From an uncultured bacterium (lineage in GTDB: Bacteria; Desulfobacterota; BSN033; UBA1163): 58,110 nt of DNA. The stretch spans positions 1-58,110 of the forward strand of contig CALIBK010000096.1 of NCBI GenBank assembly GCA_938045955.1, in the 5' to 3' direction. Numbering within the stretch: the stretch's first letter is position 1; every line of letters begins with the position of its first letter. The notes under the pieces are model-generated. The model ran no database searches. It was not told where the DNA came from and saw only the letters and a list, made by a program, of their open reading frames with translations. Below are positions 8,231 through 17,701 of this stretch, in pieces. A program made the translations under genes and the position numbers.

Positions 8231-8617
8231 CTATTTCTTATCCCCGATTAAAGGGAGTACCTGATCAATATGGAAATAGACAAGGTATCTCATACTTTCC
8301 TTATAGGCCTTATATACCGGGCAACTCTCTTTTCGCCGTATCTGATCGATCAAGTCCTTGTTCTTCTCTTCCTTAATTTTGGTTAGATAGAGTCTCTTAC
8401 CTGCATATCCTTTTTTATCCTCCATAAAAAGATAGGCAGCATGGGGGTTCGATTGGAGATTCTTGTGCATGAGACGATCGGCCATAATAAAGGCGATGGT
8501 CTTTTCGTCAATAAAGTGAGGTCTTGCGTACACCGCAATACCTACCTTTCCCTCAGAATCCGAGGTGGCCAGGACTCCTCTTCCTTCTGTTTTCTCAAAA
8601 TACTCACTCAGTTTCAT
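8231..8617 (-). CDS. Pyridoxamine 5'-phosphate oxidase-like FMN-binding protein
   Basis: GVLATSDSEG.V..AVYARPH, NLQSNPHAAYLF split-barrel pattern. Confidence 0.8.
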   Translation of the reverse strand: MKLSEYFEKTEGRGVLATSDSEGKVGIAVYARPHFIDEKTIAFIMADRLMHKNLQSNPHAAYLFMEDKKGYAGKRLYLTKIKEEKNKDLIDQIRRKESCPVYKAYKESMRYLVYFHIDQVLPLIGDKK

Positions 8618-8662
8618 CTGTTCTCCTCCTGAAGAATAGTTTTCAAAATTATAACAAAAATT

Positions 8663-10021
8663 TTAATTTTTGACTTCAATTTTCTTTATTTTTTCCACAT
8701 AGTCATCCGCATCAAACTTCCTCTTTAAGCCGCGATCATTCATATATCTTACCGTTCCAAAGATCGCCCTTTCAGCCCAGGGACGATCATGCTTCCCAAA
8801 ACACCAGGCCACTCCGGCAAATCCATTCGGGTCCCTTCCATCAAGTTCATATTTGTTATTGAGATAAAGTGCAATTCGATAGGCTTCCTCAGGTTTTTTT
8901 ACCCATTCGAGAATCTTCTTCCCCCAATACATTCTCATATAACCATGCATCTTTCCTGTAAGAACCATCTCCCGCTGTGCTGCATTCCAGTAAGGATCAT
9001 GAGTTTCACCCCTTTCAAGCTTTTCAAGGGTATAAAGATAAGGTCGTTTGTCCTTTTGATGGACTTTAAGCGTCCTTTTTGCCCACATGGGCAGTCCCTC
9101 AAACAAATCGTACTGTTCATTGTAAAAAACAAAATTCATACTTAACTCTCTTCGAACAATCAATTCTTCCAGAAAAGCTTCTTTTCCAGGGCTATCGGTC
9201 TGTTTCACCTTTAAGGCGATATAGAGAGGAGAGATCTGTCCGAAATGAAGATAAGGACTCATGTGAGAAAGACCATCCCGGGTGGGATCGTTCCTTAATT
9301 CTCCGTAGTCATCCAATTTTTCATTCAAGAATATCTCGAAATATTTTAAGGCTTCTTTAATCCCCCCTCGGAAAGAGGTAACTTTTTTAACGCTTCGATC
9401 AATCTGAAGCTTCGAAAGGGCTTCTTCCACATCTTCAATCTCAAATGAACTGAATTCCATGGAAAGAGAGGAAAGCTTTGGTTCCTGCTCATCAAGGGGG
9501 ATAAGAAAAAAGGGGAGTTTCTTGTAGATTTTTGGCCTGAGAGTGGCTGCGGTATACTCTTCCTTAGATGAGGCTTCCTCCACCGGCACGATCACATCAC
9601 TCTCTACCTGAATCAGGGGGGCTTCAATCCTTTTAGCCACATAGTCTCTCCATTGCCTCTGGATTCTCAGGTACCCCCGATCCACAACGACCAGAGAAGC
9701 CTTTTTTGCCATCTGAAGCGCTCCAAGCTCAGGGGATTGATGGCGAATCACCATCTGAATCCCCCTGTCCCGAAGCCCTTTCCTCACCTCCTTGAGCCCT
9801 TCGAGCATAAAGGCATAATGTCGTAGATTGGCTTCCGGGAAATGATCAGTGATCCCGAAAAAAACAACCAGAGGCTTTCTCAGCTCATTGGCTTTGAGGA
9901 TAGAAAACTCCAGGGCATGATTATACATCGCCCTCTGAGAGGCCTGCATCCAGTAAAGGACATAGGATCCCTTTTTTATCCATTTCTGATTTAGAGGTTT
10001 TATCCTTTCTTTTTGAATCAT
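8663..10021 (-). CDS. phrB: Class II CPD DNA photolyase
   Basis: VLYWMQASQRA..NHAL, SHMSPYLHFGQIS, FLEELIVRRELS.NF, THDPYWNAAQ, GKMHGYMRMYWGKKILEW, LDGRDPNGFAG. Confidence 0.96.
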   Translation of the reverse strand: MIQKERIKPLNQKWIKKGSYVLYWMQASQRAMYNHALEFSILKANELRKPLVVFFGITDHFPEANLRHYAFMLEGLKEVRKGLRDRGIQMVIRHQSPELGALQMAKKASLVVVDRGYLRIQRQWRDYVAKRIEAPLIQVESDVIVPVEEASSKEEYTAATLRPKIYKKLPFFLIPLDEQEPKLSSLSMEFSSFEIEDVEEALSKLQIDRSVKKVTSFRGGIKEALKYFEIFLNEKLDDYGELRNDPTRDGLSHMSPYLHFGQISPLYIALKVKQTDSPGKEAFLEELIVRRELSMNFVFYNEQYDLFEGLPMWAKRTLKVHQKDKRPYLYTLEKLERGETHDPYWNAAQREMVLTGKMHGYMRMYWGKKILEWVKKPEEAYRIALYLNNKYELDGRDPNGFAGVAWCFGKHDRPWAERAIFGTVRYMNDRGLKRKFDADDYVEKIKKIEVKN

Positions 10022-10025
10022 AGAT

Positions 10026-10523
10026 TTATCGATTCAGAATCCAGATGGAAAAGTTGAGAAGAACGGCTAAACTTACCCACACGAAGTAGGGCAATAGCAG
10101 GAAGGCTCCTGTTCTCGAAATCCTGGCAAATCTTTCCATGGTTAAAAGAATGGCCACCCAGAGAAATAGGATCTCGATCAGTCCCGAGAGAGGTGATCGG
10201 AGACCAAAAAAGAGGATGGACCAGAGGGCATTCAATATTAGTTGAATAAAAAAGAAGAAAAGGGCGCCCCTGACCTGGGGATTCCCTTTGTCTTTTTGCC
10301 ATATAAGAAATAGTGATATCCCCATGAGGAAATAGAGGGTGATCCAGGCTGGAGCAAAAAGCCAGTCGGGTGGAGTGAAATAGGGCTTTTTTAATGTCCA
10401 ATACCAGTTGGCAATGGCCGGTCTTGTAAAAATCGAACCCACGACTCCTGCCAGTTGGCAGAGGATGAGACTGATCGGCAATTTCCATAAATGGCTCCTC
10501 GTCGCTCCTTTCATATTCACCAT
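10026..10523 (-). CDS. tspO: TspO/MBR tryptophan-rich sensory protein
   Basis: WYWTLKKPYFTPPDWLFAPAW..LY.LMG, QLILNALWS.LFFG, LLLPY..WV. Confidence 0.95.
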   Translation of the reverse strand: MVNMKGATRSHLWKLPISLILCQLAGVVGSIFTRPAIANWYWTLKKPYFTPPDWLFAPAWITLYFLMGISLFLIWQKDKGNPQVRGALFFFFIQLILNALWSILFFGLRSPLSGLIEILFLWVAILLTMERFARISRTGAFLLLPYFVWVSLAVLLNFSIWILNR

Positions 10524-10529
10524 TTCCTT

Positions 10530-11105
10530 TCAGGTTGAAATTAAATCCAAGAATTGCTTAAGAATTCGGGCCGTCGCTCCCCAAATAATATGATCGCCAT
10601 ACTGATAAGCGTAGACCCATTCGCTTCGACCCATTCGGAAGATCTCTCGTTCGCTGAAGGAGTCTTTTGCAAGTAAATAGGAGAGAGGAACCTCGATGAG
10701 TTCTGCAATCTCAATCTGGCTTACTTGAAAAGGATAGGGATAGGGGAAGAGGCCCACGATGGGGGTTACAATAAACTCTGTCACCGTAACAATGTCATCT
10801 AATAGTCCAATAATCTCAACATCGCTCTCCTTTAAGCCGATCTCTTCCCGGGCTTCTCGAAGAGCGGTATGGATAAGTTCCCGGTCCTCTTCGTCGACCA
10901 TTCCTCCGGGAAAAGAGATTTCTCCCTTATGGTATTTGACCTGATCGGATCTCTTGGTAAAGAGAAGATGACACTCTCCTTCTTTCCGATATAGAGGGAC
11001 AAGGACCGCGGCGTGAGAAAAAGGGGGATGATTGATGATCTTTCTCTCTCTGGAGGAAAGCTTTTTTCTGAGTCGATCAATAAATTCCTTTTCGCAATCC
11101 TTCAT
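10530..11105 (-). CDS. Nudix CoA pyrophosphatase (NudL/PCD1-like)
   Basis: AAVLVPL, TKRS...YHKGEISFPGG, TALREAREEIGL Nudix box, IWGATA. Confidence 0.92.
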   Translation of the reverse strand: MKDCEKEFIDRLRKKLSSRERKIINHPPFSHAAVLVPLYRKEGECHLLFTKRSDQVKYHKGEISFPGGMVDEEDRELIHTALREAREEIGLKESDVEIIGLLDDIVTVTEFIVTPIVGLFPYPYPFQVSQIEIAELIEVPLSYLLAKDSFSEREIFRMGRSEWVYAYQYGDHIIWGATARILKQFLDLIST

Positions 11106-11178
11106 CGGTAAATTTCCAGATCAATTTTAACCCATTTTTTGCTATCCTTTCATTCCAATCCTCTACTATTTCAATCTT

Positions 11179-11745
11179 TCATTCCCCTATCTCCCTTAAA
11201 AACTCCTTTAGAGTGAGGATCCTTAAGAGGGGGTAGAGAGCAAAATCTCGATAGAGATTAAGACAGGATTGATGAAGCTCTCTGCTTCGGCTTGCACAAC
11301 AATCCTCTACAAGGATGACTGAAAAATCATGACACAGGCCGTCCATGGCTGTCATTAACACACAGACCTCTGTGGTCATCCCGGTAACCACAATGGTATC
11401 AATTCCAAAGGTGCGGAGGGTCTGATCGAGATCCGTTTTAAAGAAGGCACTGAAACGTCTCTTGGGGAGGATAAAATCTGTGGCTTGAGGGTTTAGCTCA
11501 TCGATCACTTCCGCTCCTTTTGAGCCTCTTAGAGAATGAGGTTTCATCCTTCCACGGAAAATAAAATCATCCTTAAGAAAGCTATCACAGGCAAAGATGA
11601 TAGGAAATCCCTTTTCCCGGCCCTTCTCCAAAAGGCTTCGCAAGTTCGGGAGGATAGCTCTCCCTTCCTGATAAAAAGGGTTTTTTGGATTCTCTTTGAA
11701 GTTATCCTTCAACATATCTACCACAATGATGGCCGGCTTCATCAA
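11179..11745 (-). CDS. Isochorismatase-family cysteine hydrolase
   Basis: IIVVDM, KRRFSAFFKTDLD..LR, TGMTTEVCV..TA.D. Confidence 0.92.
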   Translation of the reverse strand: MMKPAIIVVDMLKDNFKENPKNPFYQEGRAILPNLRSLLEKGREKGFPIIFACDSFLKDDFIFRGRMKPHSLRGSKGAEVIDELNPQATDFILPKRRFSAFFKTDLDQTLRTFGIDTIVVTGMTTEVCVLMTAMDGLCHDFSVILVEDCCASRSRELHQSCLNLYRDFALYPLLRILTLKEFLREIGE

Positions 11746-11774
11746 ACTTATCCTCTCTTCATTTTTTCATCATA

Positions 11775-11875
11775 GCGGATTGAATCTGAGAGCTTTAGGG
11801 GGAATTTAAGATAACCGCGCTAAGGTTTCCCGAACACCCCTATCAGGCCTATTCTCCACTCCTGATTAAAGGATT
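11775..11875 (-). repeat. Dispersed ~100-bp repeat, copy A
   Basis: Shares CCTATCAGGCCTAT, the TTTAAG..CCGC block and CTGAGAGCTT with 26506-26612 (inverted); shares the first two with 54273-54350. Confidence 0.75.
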
Positions 11876-12653
11876 AGCTTCCATCAGATTTTATCCTATA
11901 AACTGTTAAAGCATTTCGGGTAGTTGCTTCTGCGACCTTTTCAAATGGAATCTTTTTAATCTCTGCGATTTTTCGGGCTGTATATGGAATGAAGCTCGGT
12001 TCATTTCTCTTCCCTCGAAAAGGCTCAGGGCTCAGGAAAGGCGAATCGGTTTCGATGAGAAGGAAATCCAGGGGGATCTTTCTTACAACCTCTCGAAACC
12101 GTTCTGCATTTTTAAAGGTAATGCTCCCGGGAATGGAGATGTAAAAACCCATCTCGATACAATCCTTTGCCATCCCGTAATCCCCCGAGAAACAGTGGAT
12201 TATCCCTCCACAGACTTCCGCCTTTTCGGTTTTCAGGATTTCAACGGTCTCCTGATGCGCCTCCCGATCGTGGACAACGATTGGAAGGCCAAGTTCCTTG
12301 GCCAAACCGATCTGCTCTCGAAATCGCTTAAGCTGAACCTCTCTTGGAGAAAGATTTCTGAAGAAATCCAGCCCGATCTCTCCCACCGCTTTGACTTTCC
12401 CATTTCGGCAAAGACTTTTTAAAAGGGGATAGGTTTCGGAATCGATCTCCTTTGCATTGTGCGGGTGAACACCCAGGATGGCATAAAGAGAAGGATATCG
12501 ATGACAGATTTCAAGGGTTCTCTGCCAATCCTTTTTCTCTGTTCCCACTGTAAAAATATAATCAACCCCTGAATTTTTAGCCCTCCCAATAACCTCCTCG
12601 AGATCCATTCGAAACTCGGGCATTTCAAGATGGGCATGAGAATCCACAAGCAT
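11874..12653 (-). CDS. tatD: TatD family hydrolase
   Basis: DSHAHL, GVHPH, VGEIGLD, HDREAH, IHCFSG, ETDSPFLSP.P.RGKRNEP. Confidence 0.96.
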   Translation of the reverse strand: MLVDSHAHLEMPEFRMDLEEVIGRAKNSGVDYIFTVGTEKKDWQRTLEICHRYPSLYAILGVHPHNAKEIDSETYPLLKSLCRNGKVKAVGEIGLDFFRNLSPREVQLKRFREQIGLAKELGLPIVVHDREAHQETVEILKTEKAEVCGGIIHCFSGDYGMAKDCIEMGFYISIPGSITFKNAERFREVVRKIPLDFLLIETDSPFLSPEPFRGKRNEPSFIPYTARKIAEIKKIPFEKVAEATTRNALTVYRIKSDGS

Positions 12654-13237
12654 TATTCCTGCCTTTCCTTCGTAAGAGTTTTACTTCCTTTTACTTTCAC
12701 CTGTTCAAAGTAGCTGATTAACGATTTGGCAAGCCCTCTGGAGCGAATCAATACCGAAACTTCATGATTGTGGGTCAATGCGTGATAAGTCCAGTTCGTG
12801 CTTCCGATGAGAGCAAGCTCCTCGTCCACGAGCATCCATTTGGCATGGGTCGTTCTCAAGATGGGGTCGAAAATCACTCGAACCCCACCCTCGGATAAGA
12901 TCTTTCCGGTCTCTCGATTCCGTTCAGTGGTCTTCTCTTTTCCTTCCCCTTCTCCAACTTCTAAGATGACCTCTACCTGAACCCCTCTTTTCCTTGCCTC
13001 AATGAGTTCCCGGATCAGGAGATTTGAAGGAGAACTGGGATGTTTCCCATAATAACCCATTTCAAACATCATGATTCGAATGGAGGACTTTGCCTCCTGA
13101 ATCATTTTTTTTGCCACTTCGAAATATTGTTCATCAACCACTAACTGAACATCCTCGGCTGGCAATCCCCATCCAATGGAAAATGGAAAAATCCAGAGAA
13201 AGAAAAGGAGTCTGATAAAAAATCTTATTCTTTTCAA
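12653..13237 (-). CDS. Exported phospholipase D-family (Nuc-like) protein with a single HKD motif
   Basis: N-terminal signal-like segment; HAKWMLVD......GSTNWT......NHE. Confidence 0.85.
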   Translation of the reverse strand: MKRIRFFIRLLFFLWIFPFSIGWGLPAEDVQLVVDEQYFEVAKKMIQEAKSSIRIMMFEMGYYGKHPSSPSNLLIRELIEARKRGVQVEVILEVGEGEGKEKTTERNRETGKILSEGGVRVIFDPILRTTHAKWMLVDEELALIGSTNWTYHALTHNHEVSVLIRSRGLAKSLISYFEQVKVKGSKTLTKERQE

Positions 13238-13238
13238 T

Positions 13239-14210
13239 TTAAGAACCTCCTTCCCCTTTCAAAGTGGAACTCGCTTTTCGGAGACGATCCATAATGGCCC
13301 GTCCGAGACCTACCTCGGGAACAGGTTCGGCCAGAATCAGATCCAGCCCTAAACGATCCAGTCGCCTCATGGCTGAGAAGAGATTCGCTGCAGCCTCCCG
13401 AAGATCTCCTTTTTTGGAAAGAATTTCAATATGAGAAAAATTAAAAAAAACCATTGGTTCTCTAAAGGCGAGAAGGCCAATTCTTTTCTCTTTAAGTTCC
13501 TCTGGGGAAGCTTCATCCCAGTTGAGCAAAACAGGTGTCCGAGGAGCATAATGTTTTGGGAGCATTCCTGGAGCCAAAGGCCCCTTCTCCCCGGACTTTG
13601 TGATATTTACCTTCCCAATAATGGATTCAATCTCTTCAAGAGGAATCCCACCGGCTCTTAACAGCGCCGGACCTTCCTCAGCAAAAGAGACGATTGTTGA
13701 CTCTACACCCACTTCACAGGGACCTCCATCGAGAATAAAATCGACTTGATCTCCTAATTGTTCCTGAACATCTTCAGCCCTTGTTGGACTTAAGTAGCCA
13801 AAGGGATTTGCACTCGGTCCCACGATAGGGGTCTCCGCGAGCTGGATGAGCTGGAGAGTCATTGGATGTTTGGGCATTCTCACAGCTACGGTTTGGAGAC
13901 CGGAGGTCACGATCTCCGGAACCTCCTCTTTCTTAAAAAGCACCAGGGTCAGGGGTCCGGGCCAGAATTTCTCTATCAACCTCTCTGCTTTAGAGGGAAT
14001 CTCTCTCACCAATCGATCTAAATCTTTGAGGGTGGCGAGGTGAACGATGAGCGGATCAAAATAGGGTCTTCTCTTTACCTCGAATACTCGAGCTACGGCG
14101 ATCGGATTGAAGGCATCTGCTCCCAGCCCATAAACCGTTTCCGTTGGAAACGCAACAACTCCCCCTCGCCTGATGATCTCTGCCCCTTTACGAGTCTCCT
14201 CACTCATCAT
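13239..14210 (-). CDS. sua5: L-threonylcarbamoyladenylate synthase Sua5 (TsaC2)
   Basis: [49 protein letters not shown]-terminal SUA5 domain. Confidence 0.96.
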   Translation of the reverse strand: MMSEETRKGAEIIRRGGVVAFPTETVYGLGADAFNPIAVARVFEVKRRPYFDPLIVHLATLKDLDRLVREIPSKAERLIEKFWPGPLTLVLFKKEEVPEIVTSGLQTVAVRMPKHPMTLQLIQLAETPIVGPSANPFGYLSPTRAEDVQEQLGDQVDFILDGGPCEVGVESTIVSFAEEGPALLRAGGIPLEEIESIIGKVNITKSGEKGPLAPGMLPKHYAPRTPVLLNWDEASPEELKEKRIGLLAFREPMVFFNFSHIEILSKKGDLREAAANLFSAMRRLDRLGLDLILAEPVPEVGLGRAIMDRLRKASSTLKGEGGS

Positions 14211-14703
14211 GAGCTCGATCCTTTAAGACCTTTGCTCTTTCTTCTAAATCCTTCCTCATTCTTTCTCTATAGTCTTCTAATTTTTTCGCAATCTCAGGAT
14301 ATTTAATCGATAGAATCTCACAGGCAAGATAGGCTGCGTTCTTTGCCCCGTCAATCCCAACCGTGGCCACAGGAACCCCTGAGGGCATCTGAACGGTGGA
14401 GAAGAGGGCATCCACCCCATTCAATGCCCCTGATTTGAGAGGGACACCAATCACCGGAAGGGTTGTGTGGGCTGCCAGAACCCCTGCAAGATGGGCGGCC
14501 ATCCCTGCCCCTGCAATGAGGACTTCAATCCCCCGCTCCCTCGCAGTCTTCGCATAATGGGCTGTCTTTTCTGGCATCCGGTGAGCGGAACTGATTTCCA
14601 TCTCATAAGGAACACCCATCTCTTTCAATACCTCTGCCGCCTTTTCCATCACCGGCAGATCACTCTCACTTCCCATTAATATTCCAACTAAAGTTTTTCC
14701 CAT
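14200..14703 (-). CDS. purE: N5-CAIR mutase
   Basis: [42 protein letters not shown]. Confidence 0.97.
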   Translation of the reverse strand: MGKTLVGILMGSESDLPVMEKAAEVLKEMGVPYEMEISSAHRMPEKTAHYAKTARERGIEVLIAGAGMAAHLAGVLAAHTTLPVIGVPLKSGALNGVDALFSTVQMPSGVPVATVGIDGAKNAAYLACEILSIKYPEIAKKLEDYRERMRKDLEERAKVLKDRAHDE

Positions 14704-14855
14704 AAAACCCTCCTACTTTCTCAAATTTCATAGGATTTCCTCTCCTCCGATTATCTTAAGCGTAGGTGAGGGATACTTCTATTTGCGATTTCAAATCTGC
14801 AATCTGAAATTCGAGTTGATATCATCTTAAAAAATTTCCTCACCTTTCACAAGAG

Positions 14856-14891
14856 AATAAAAAGCCCTCTCTTTATTAAAAAGAAAGGGGC
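14856..14891 (-). terminator. Probable intrinsic terminator after the P-type ATPase
   Basis: Minus strand GCCCCTTTCTTT-loop-AAAGAGAGGGC followed by TTTTTATT. Confidence 0.55.
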
Positions 14892-14934
14892 CTATTTAAA
14901 TCAATGTGATGGTCTTCACGGCCAAGAAAGAGAG

Positions 14935-17679
14935 TCAGACAGAGATTTTTCTTCTTAGAGACATTTTTTTCCTTAAAATCGCTTTGATCACTTCCATGGA
15001 GATAAAGACAACGACGCCAAAGCTCAATATGATCTTTAGATCTGGCCACGAGGGTTTAGTGATCCCAAAGGCATCGAGGATGGAGGGGACCTGGATTAAA
15101 AGTGAAATCAATAATAATTCCCACGCAATAGCCAAGAGAAGCCATTTGTGAGGAGGGACTTTAAAAATGCTATATCTCATCGAGCGGAAATTCAGTGCGA
15201 TGATCAACTCGATGACGATAAAAAGGAAGAAGATCTCTGTCCTGGCGTGGGCAAGGTCTACTAGTTCATGATAGAAAAGGTAGTAGAAGAAAGGAACTTC
15301 AATCATAAGGGCTAATAAAATAAAGGCTCTAACATCCCAGGAAAAAACACTCTCCTTTGGATTTCTCGGTGGCCTCTCCATAATATCAGGGTCAGGAGGT
15401 GACACCCCTAAGGCAAGTGCAGGAAGCCCATCCGTTGCAAGGTTCATATATAAGATGGCCGCTGGGAGCAGGGGTAGATATTCCGGACCCGAAATGATGA
15501 CCACCCCTCCGATGACCGTTACCTCCGTAATATTACATCGGAGGAGGTAGGTGAGGTATTTCTTGATATTGTCATAGATCCACCTTCCGCGCTCGATGGC
15601 TTTAACAATGGTGGCGAAATTATCATCACTGAGGATCATATCCGAGGCTTCTTTAGTTACTTCCGTTCCTGTAATCCCCATGGCCACTCCAATATCTGCA
15701 TGCTTGAGGGCTGGGGCGTCATTCACACCATCCCCTGTCATGGCAACCACTTCACCCTTAGCTTTCCATGCTTTAACAATTTTTAATTTGTCTATGGGTG
15801 AGACCCTTGCATAAACAGTAATTTTATCTACCATCTTTTCAAAATCTTCATCCGATATCCTTTCAAGTTCTTCTCCTGTTAAAACTCGATCTCCTTCCTT
15901 CAATATGCCCATTTCCTTAGCGATAGTGATTGCCGTAAGGGGATGATCTCCAGTAATCATAATAGGACGAATCCCTACCCGTTTACATATCTTTATCGCT
16001 TCAATTGCCTCTTCCCTCGGCGGATCCATCATCCCTGCAAGACCAAGAAAGATCATCCCTTGTTCAATATATTCTTCACTACCAATTAAATCTTCTGGGC
16101 AATCTCGATAAGCAAATCCCAGAACCCTTAATGCCTCCTGGGCCATCTCTTGGTTGATCTCCAAAATTTTTTCTCTCTTTTCCGAATTTAGTTCTCGAAC
16201 CTCACCGTCCTCCAAAATACTGGGGCTTCTGGCTAATACAATCTCTGGAGCACCTTTCATAAAAACTATTCTTTTTCCATCATTCATTTGATGGATAGTG
16301 GTCATCCTCTTTCTTTCAGAACTAAAAGGAATCTCTTCGATCCGAGGATTTTCAATTCTTAATTCAGATGGGTGAAACCCAGCTTTTACTGCCGCAACTA
16401 TCAGGGCCCCCTCGGTGGGATCCCCTTTTATGACCCATTTCCCTTCCTTTTGTTCTAAGGTAGCATCGTTACATAGAAGACCTGCCTTAAGAAGCATCGA
16501 GAGAGATTGATTCTCCTTTACATTAATACTCGGCGAACCTTTAAATTCCCCCCTGGGGTCGTAACCCGTTCCTGTCACCTCAATCATTTCATTATTGGTA
16601 AATATCTTTCTTACTGTCATCTCACCTTTAGTAAGTGTTCCTGTTTTATCAGAACATATGACCGTTGTGCATCCAAGGGTTTCTACGGCTGGCATCTTCC
16701 TTACCAACGCATTTCGCTTTGCCATCTGATGCATGCCAATGGCAAGGGCTCCTGTCACAATGGCGGCCAAGGCTTCGGGCACAGCAGCCACAGCCAGGGC
16801 AATGGCAAACATCATCAAAGTAATAATGAATTGAAAATCAACTTTCCCCCCTCCAAAAAATTCTCTAAGGATACTCACACCTGCCACAAGAAAACAGATA
16901 CTAAGGGCAACGATCCCGAGCCATTTACCGATCTCCTCTGTTCTCTTCTCCAGAGGCGTCTTCTCAACCACGACAGAGGTGACCTCCTGAGCAATCTTCC
17001 CAAATTCGGTATTCATTCCTGTGGAGGTCACGACCGCCTTGGCTCGACCAAAAGTCACGGTTGTCCCCGCAAAGACCATATTCTTACGATCGGCGACCCG
17101 TATTTCGGGAGGTAAAGGTTTTACATCCTTGCTAACAGGCATGGATTCTCCGGTGAGAGGTGCTTCATCACACCGCAGAGAATGGTTTTCCACCAATCTC
17201 GCATCCACAGGGATCTTATCCCCCGCTTCGAGAAGTAAAATATCACCTGGCACAAGCTCTTTGGATGGAGCCTCTATCTCTCTGCCTTCTCTAAGCACGG
17301 TAATTGTTGGGGTGAGCATCTTCTTCAATGCCTCCAGAGCACGCTCTGCTCGATATTCCTGAACAAACCCGAGGACAGCACAGAAGACGACAATCACAGC
17401 TATGATGGCCGCATCCACCACCTCCCCCACCAACGCTGATAGGATGATGGCGATGATAAGAATAATAATGAGGATATTTTTGAACTGGTTGATGAAAAGA
17501 GTAAGTGGAGAAACCCTTTTTTCCCTCTTCAATTCATTATAGCCATATTTCTTAAGGCGGTTTTTAACCTCCTCCTCGCTCAAACCTTGATGGGGATCAA
17601 CTTTTAATTCATATAAAACTTGTTCTTTTTCCATTATATGCCATGACGGCGATCGTTCCTTATTTGCCATCCTTCCCAT
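14935..17679 (-). CDS. Cation-transporting P-type ATPase (type II, Ca2+-like)
   Basis: TGES, VPEAL, ICSDKTGTLT, KGAPE, MITGD, MTGDGVNDAPAL, NLATDGLPALAL. Confidence 0.95.
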   Translation of the reverse strand: MGRMANKERSPSWHIMEKEQVLYELKVDPHQGLSEEEVKNRLKKYGYNELKREKRVSPLTLFINQFKNILIIILIIAIILSALVGEVVDAAIIAVIVVFCAVLGFVQEYRAERALEALKKMLTPTITVLREGREIEAPSKELVPGDILLLEAGDKIPVDARLVENHSLRCDEAPLTGESMPVSKDVKPLPPEIRVADRKNMVFAGTTVTFGRAKAVVTSTGMNTEFGKIAQEVTSVVVEKTPLEKRTEEIGKWLGIVALSICFLVAGVSILREFFGGGKVDFQFIITLMMFAIALAVAAVPEALAAIVTGALAIGMHQMAKRNALVRKMPAVETLGCTTVICSDKTGTLTKGEMTVRKIFTNNEMIEVTGTGYDPRGEFKGSPSINVKENQSLSMLLKAGLLCNDATLEQKEGKWVIKGDPTEGALIVAAVKAGFHPSELRIENPRIEEIPFSSERKRMTTIHQMNDGKRIVFMKGAPEIVLARSPSILEDGEVRELNSEKREKILEINQEMAQEALRVLGFAYRDCPEDLIGSEEYIEQGMIFLGLAGMMDPPREEAIEAIKICKRVGIRPIMITGDHPLTAITIAKEMGILKEGDRVLTGEELERISDEDFEKMVDKITVYARVSPIDKLKIVKAWKAKGEVVAMTGDGVNDAPALKHADIGVAMGITGTEVTKEASDMILSDDNFATIVKAIERGRWIYDNIKKYLTYLLRCNITEVTVIGGVVIISGPEYLPLLPAAILYMNLATDGLPALALGVSPPDPDIMERPPRNPKESVFSWDVRAFILLALMIEVPFFYYLFYHELVDLAHARTEIFFLFIVIELIIALNFRSMRYSIFKVPPHKWLLLAIAWELLLISLLIQVPSILDAFGITKPSWPDLKIILSFGVVVFISMEVIKAILRKKMSLRRKISV

Positions 17680-17701
17680 CCCTTTTCTTTAAATCAAATC
17701 T

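Noticed and set aside
14781-14815. Short heptamer-like run (aaatctgc aatctga aattcga) upstream of purE
   Set aside because: Only about three degenerate units, too short to support a call.
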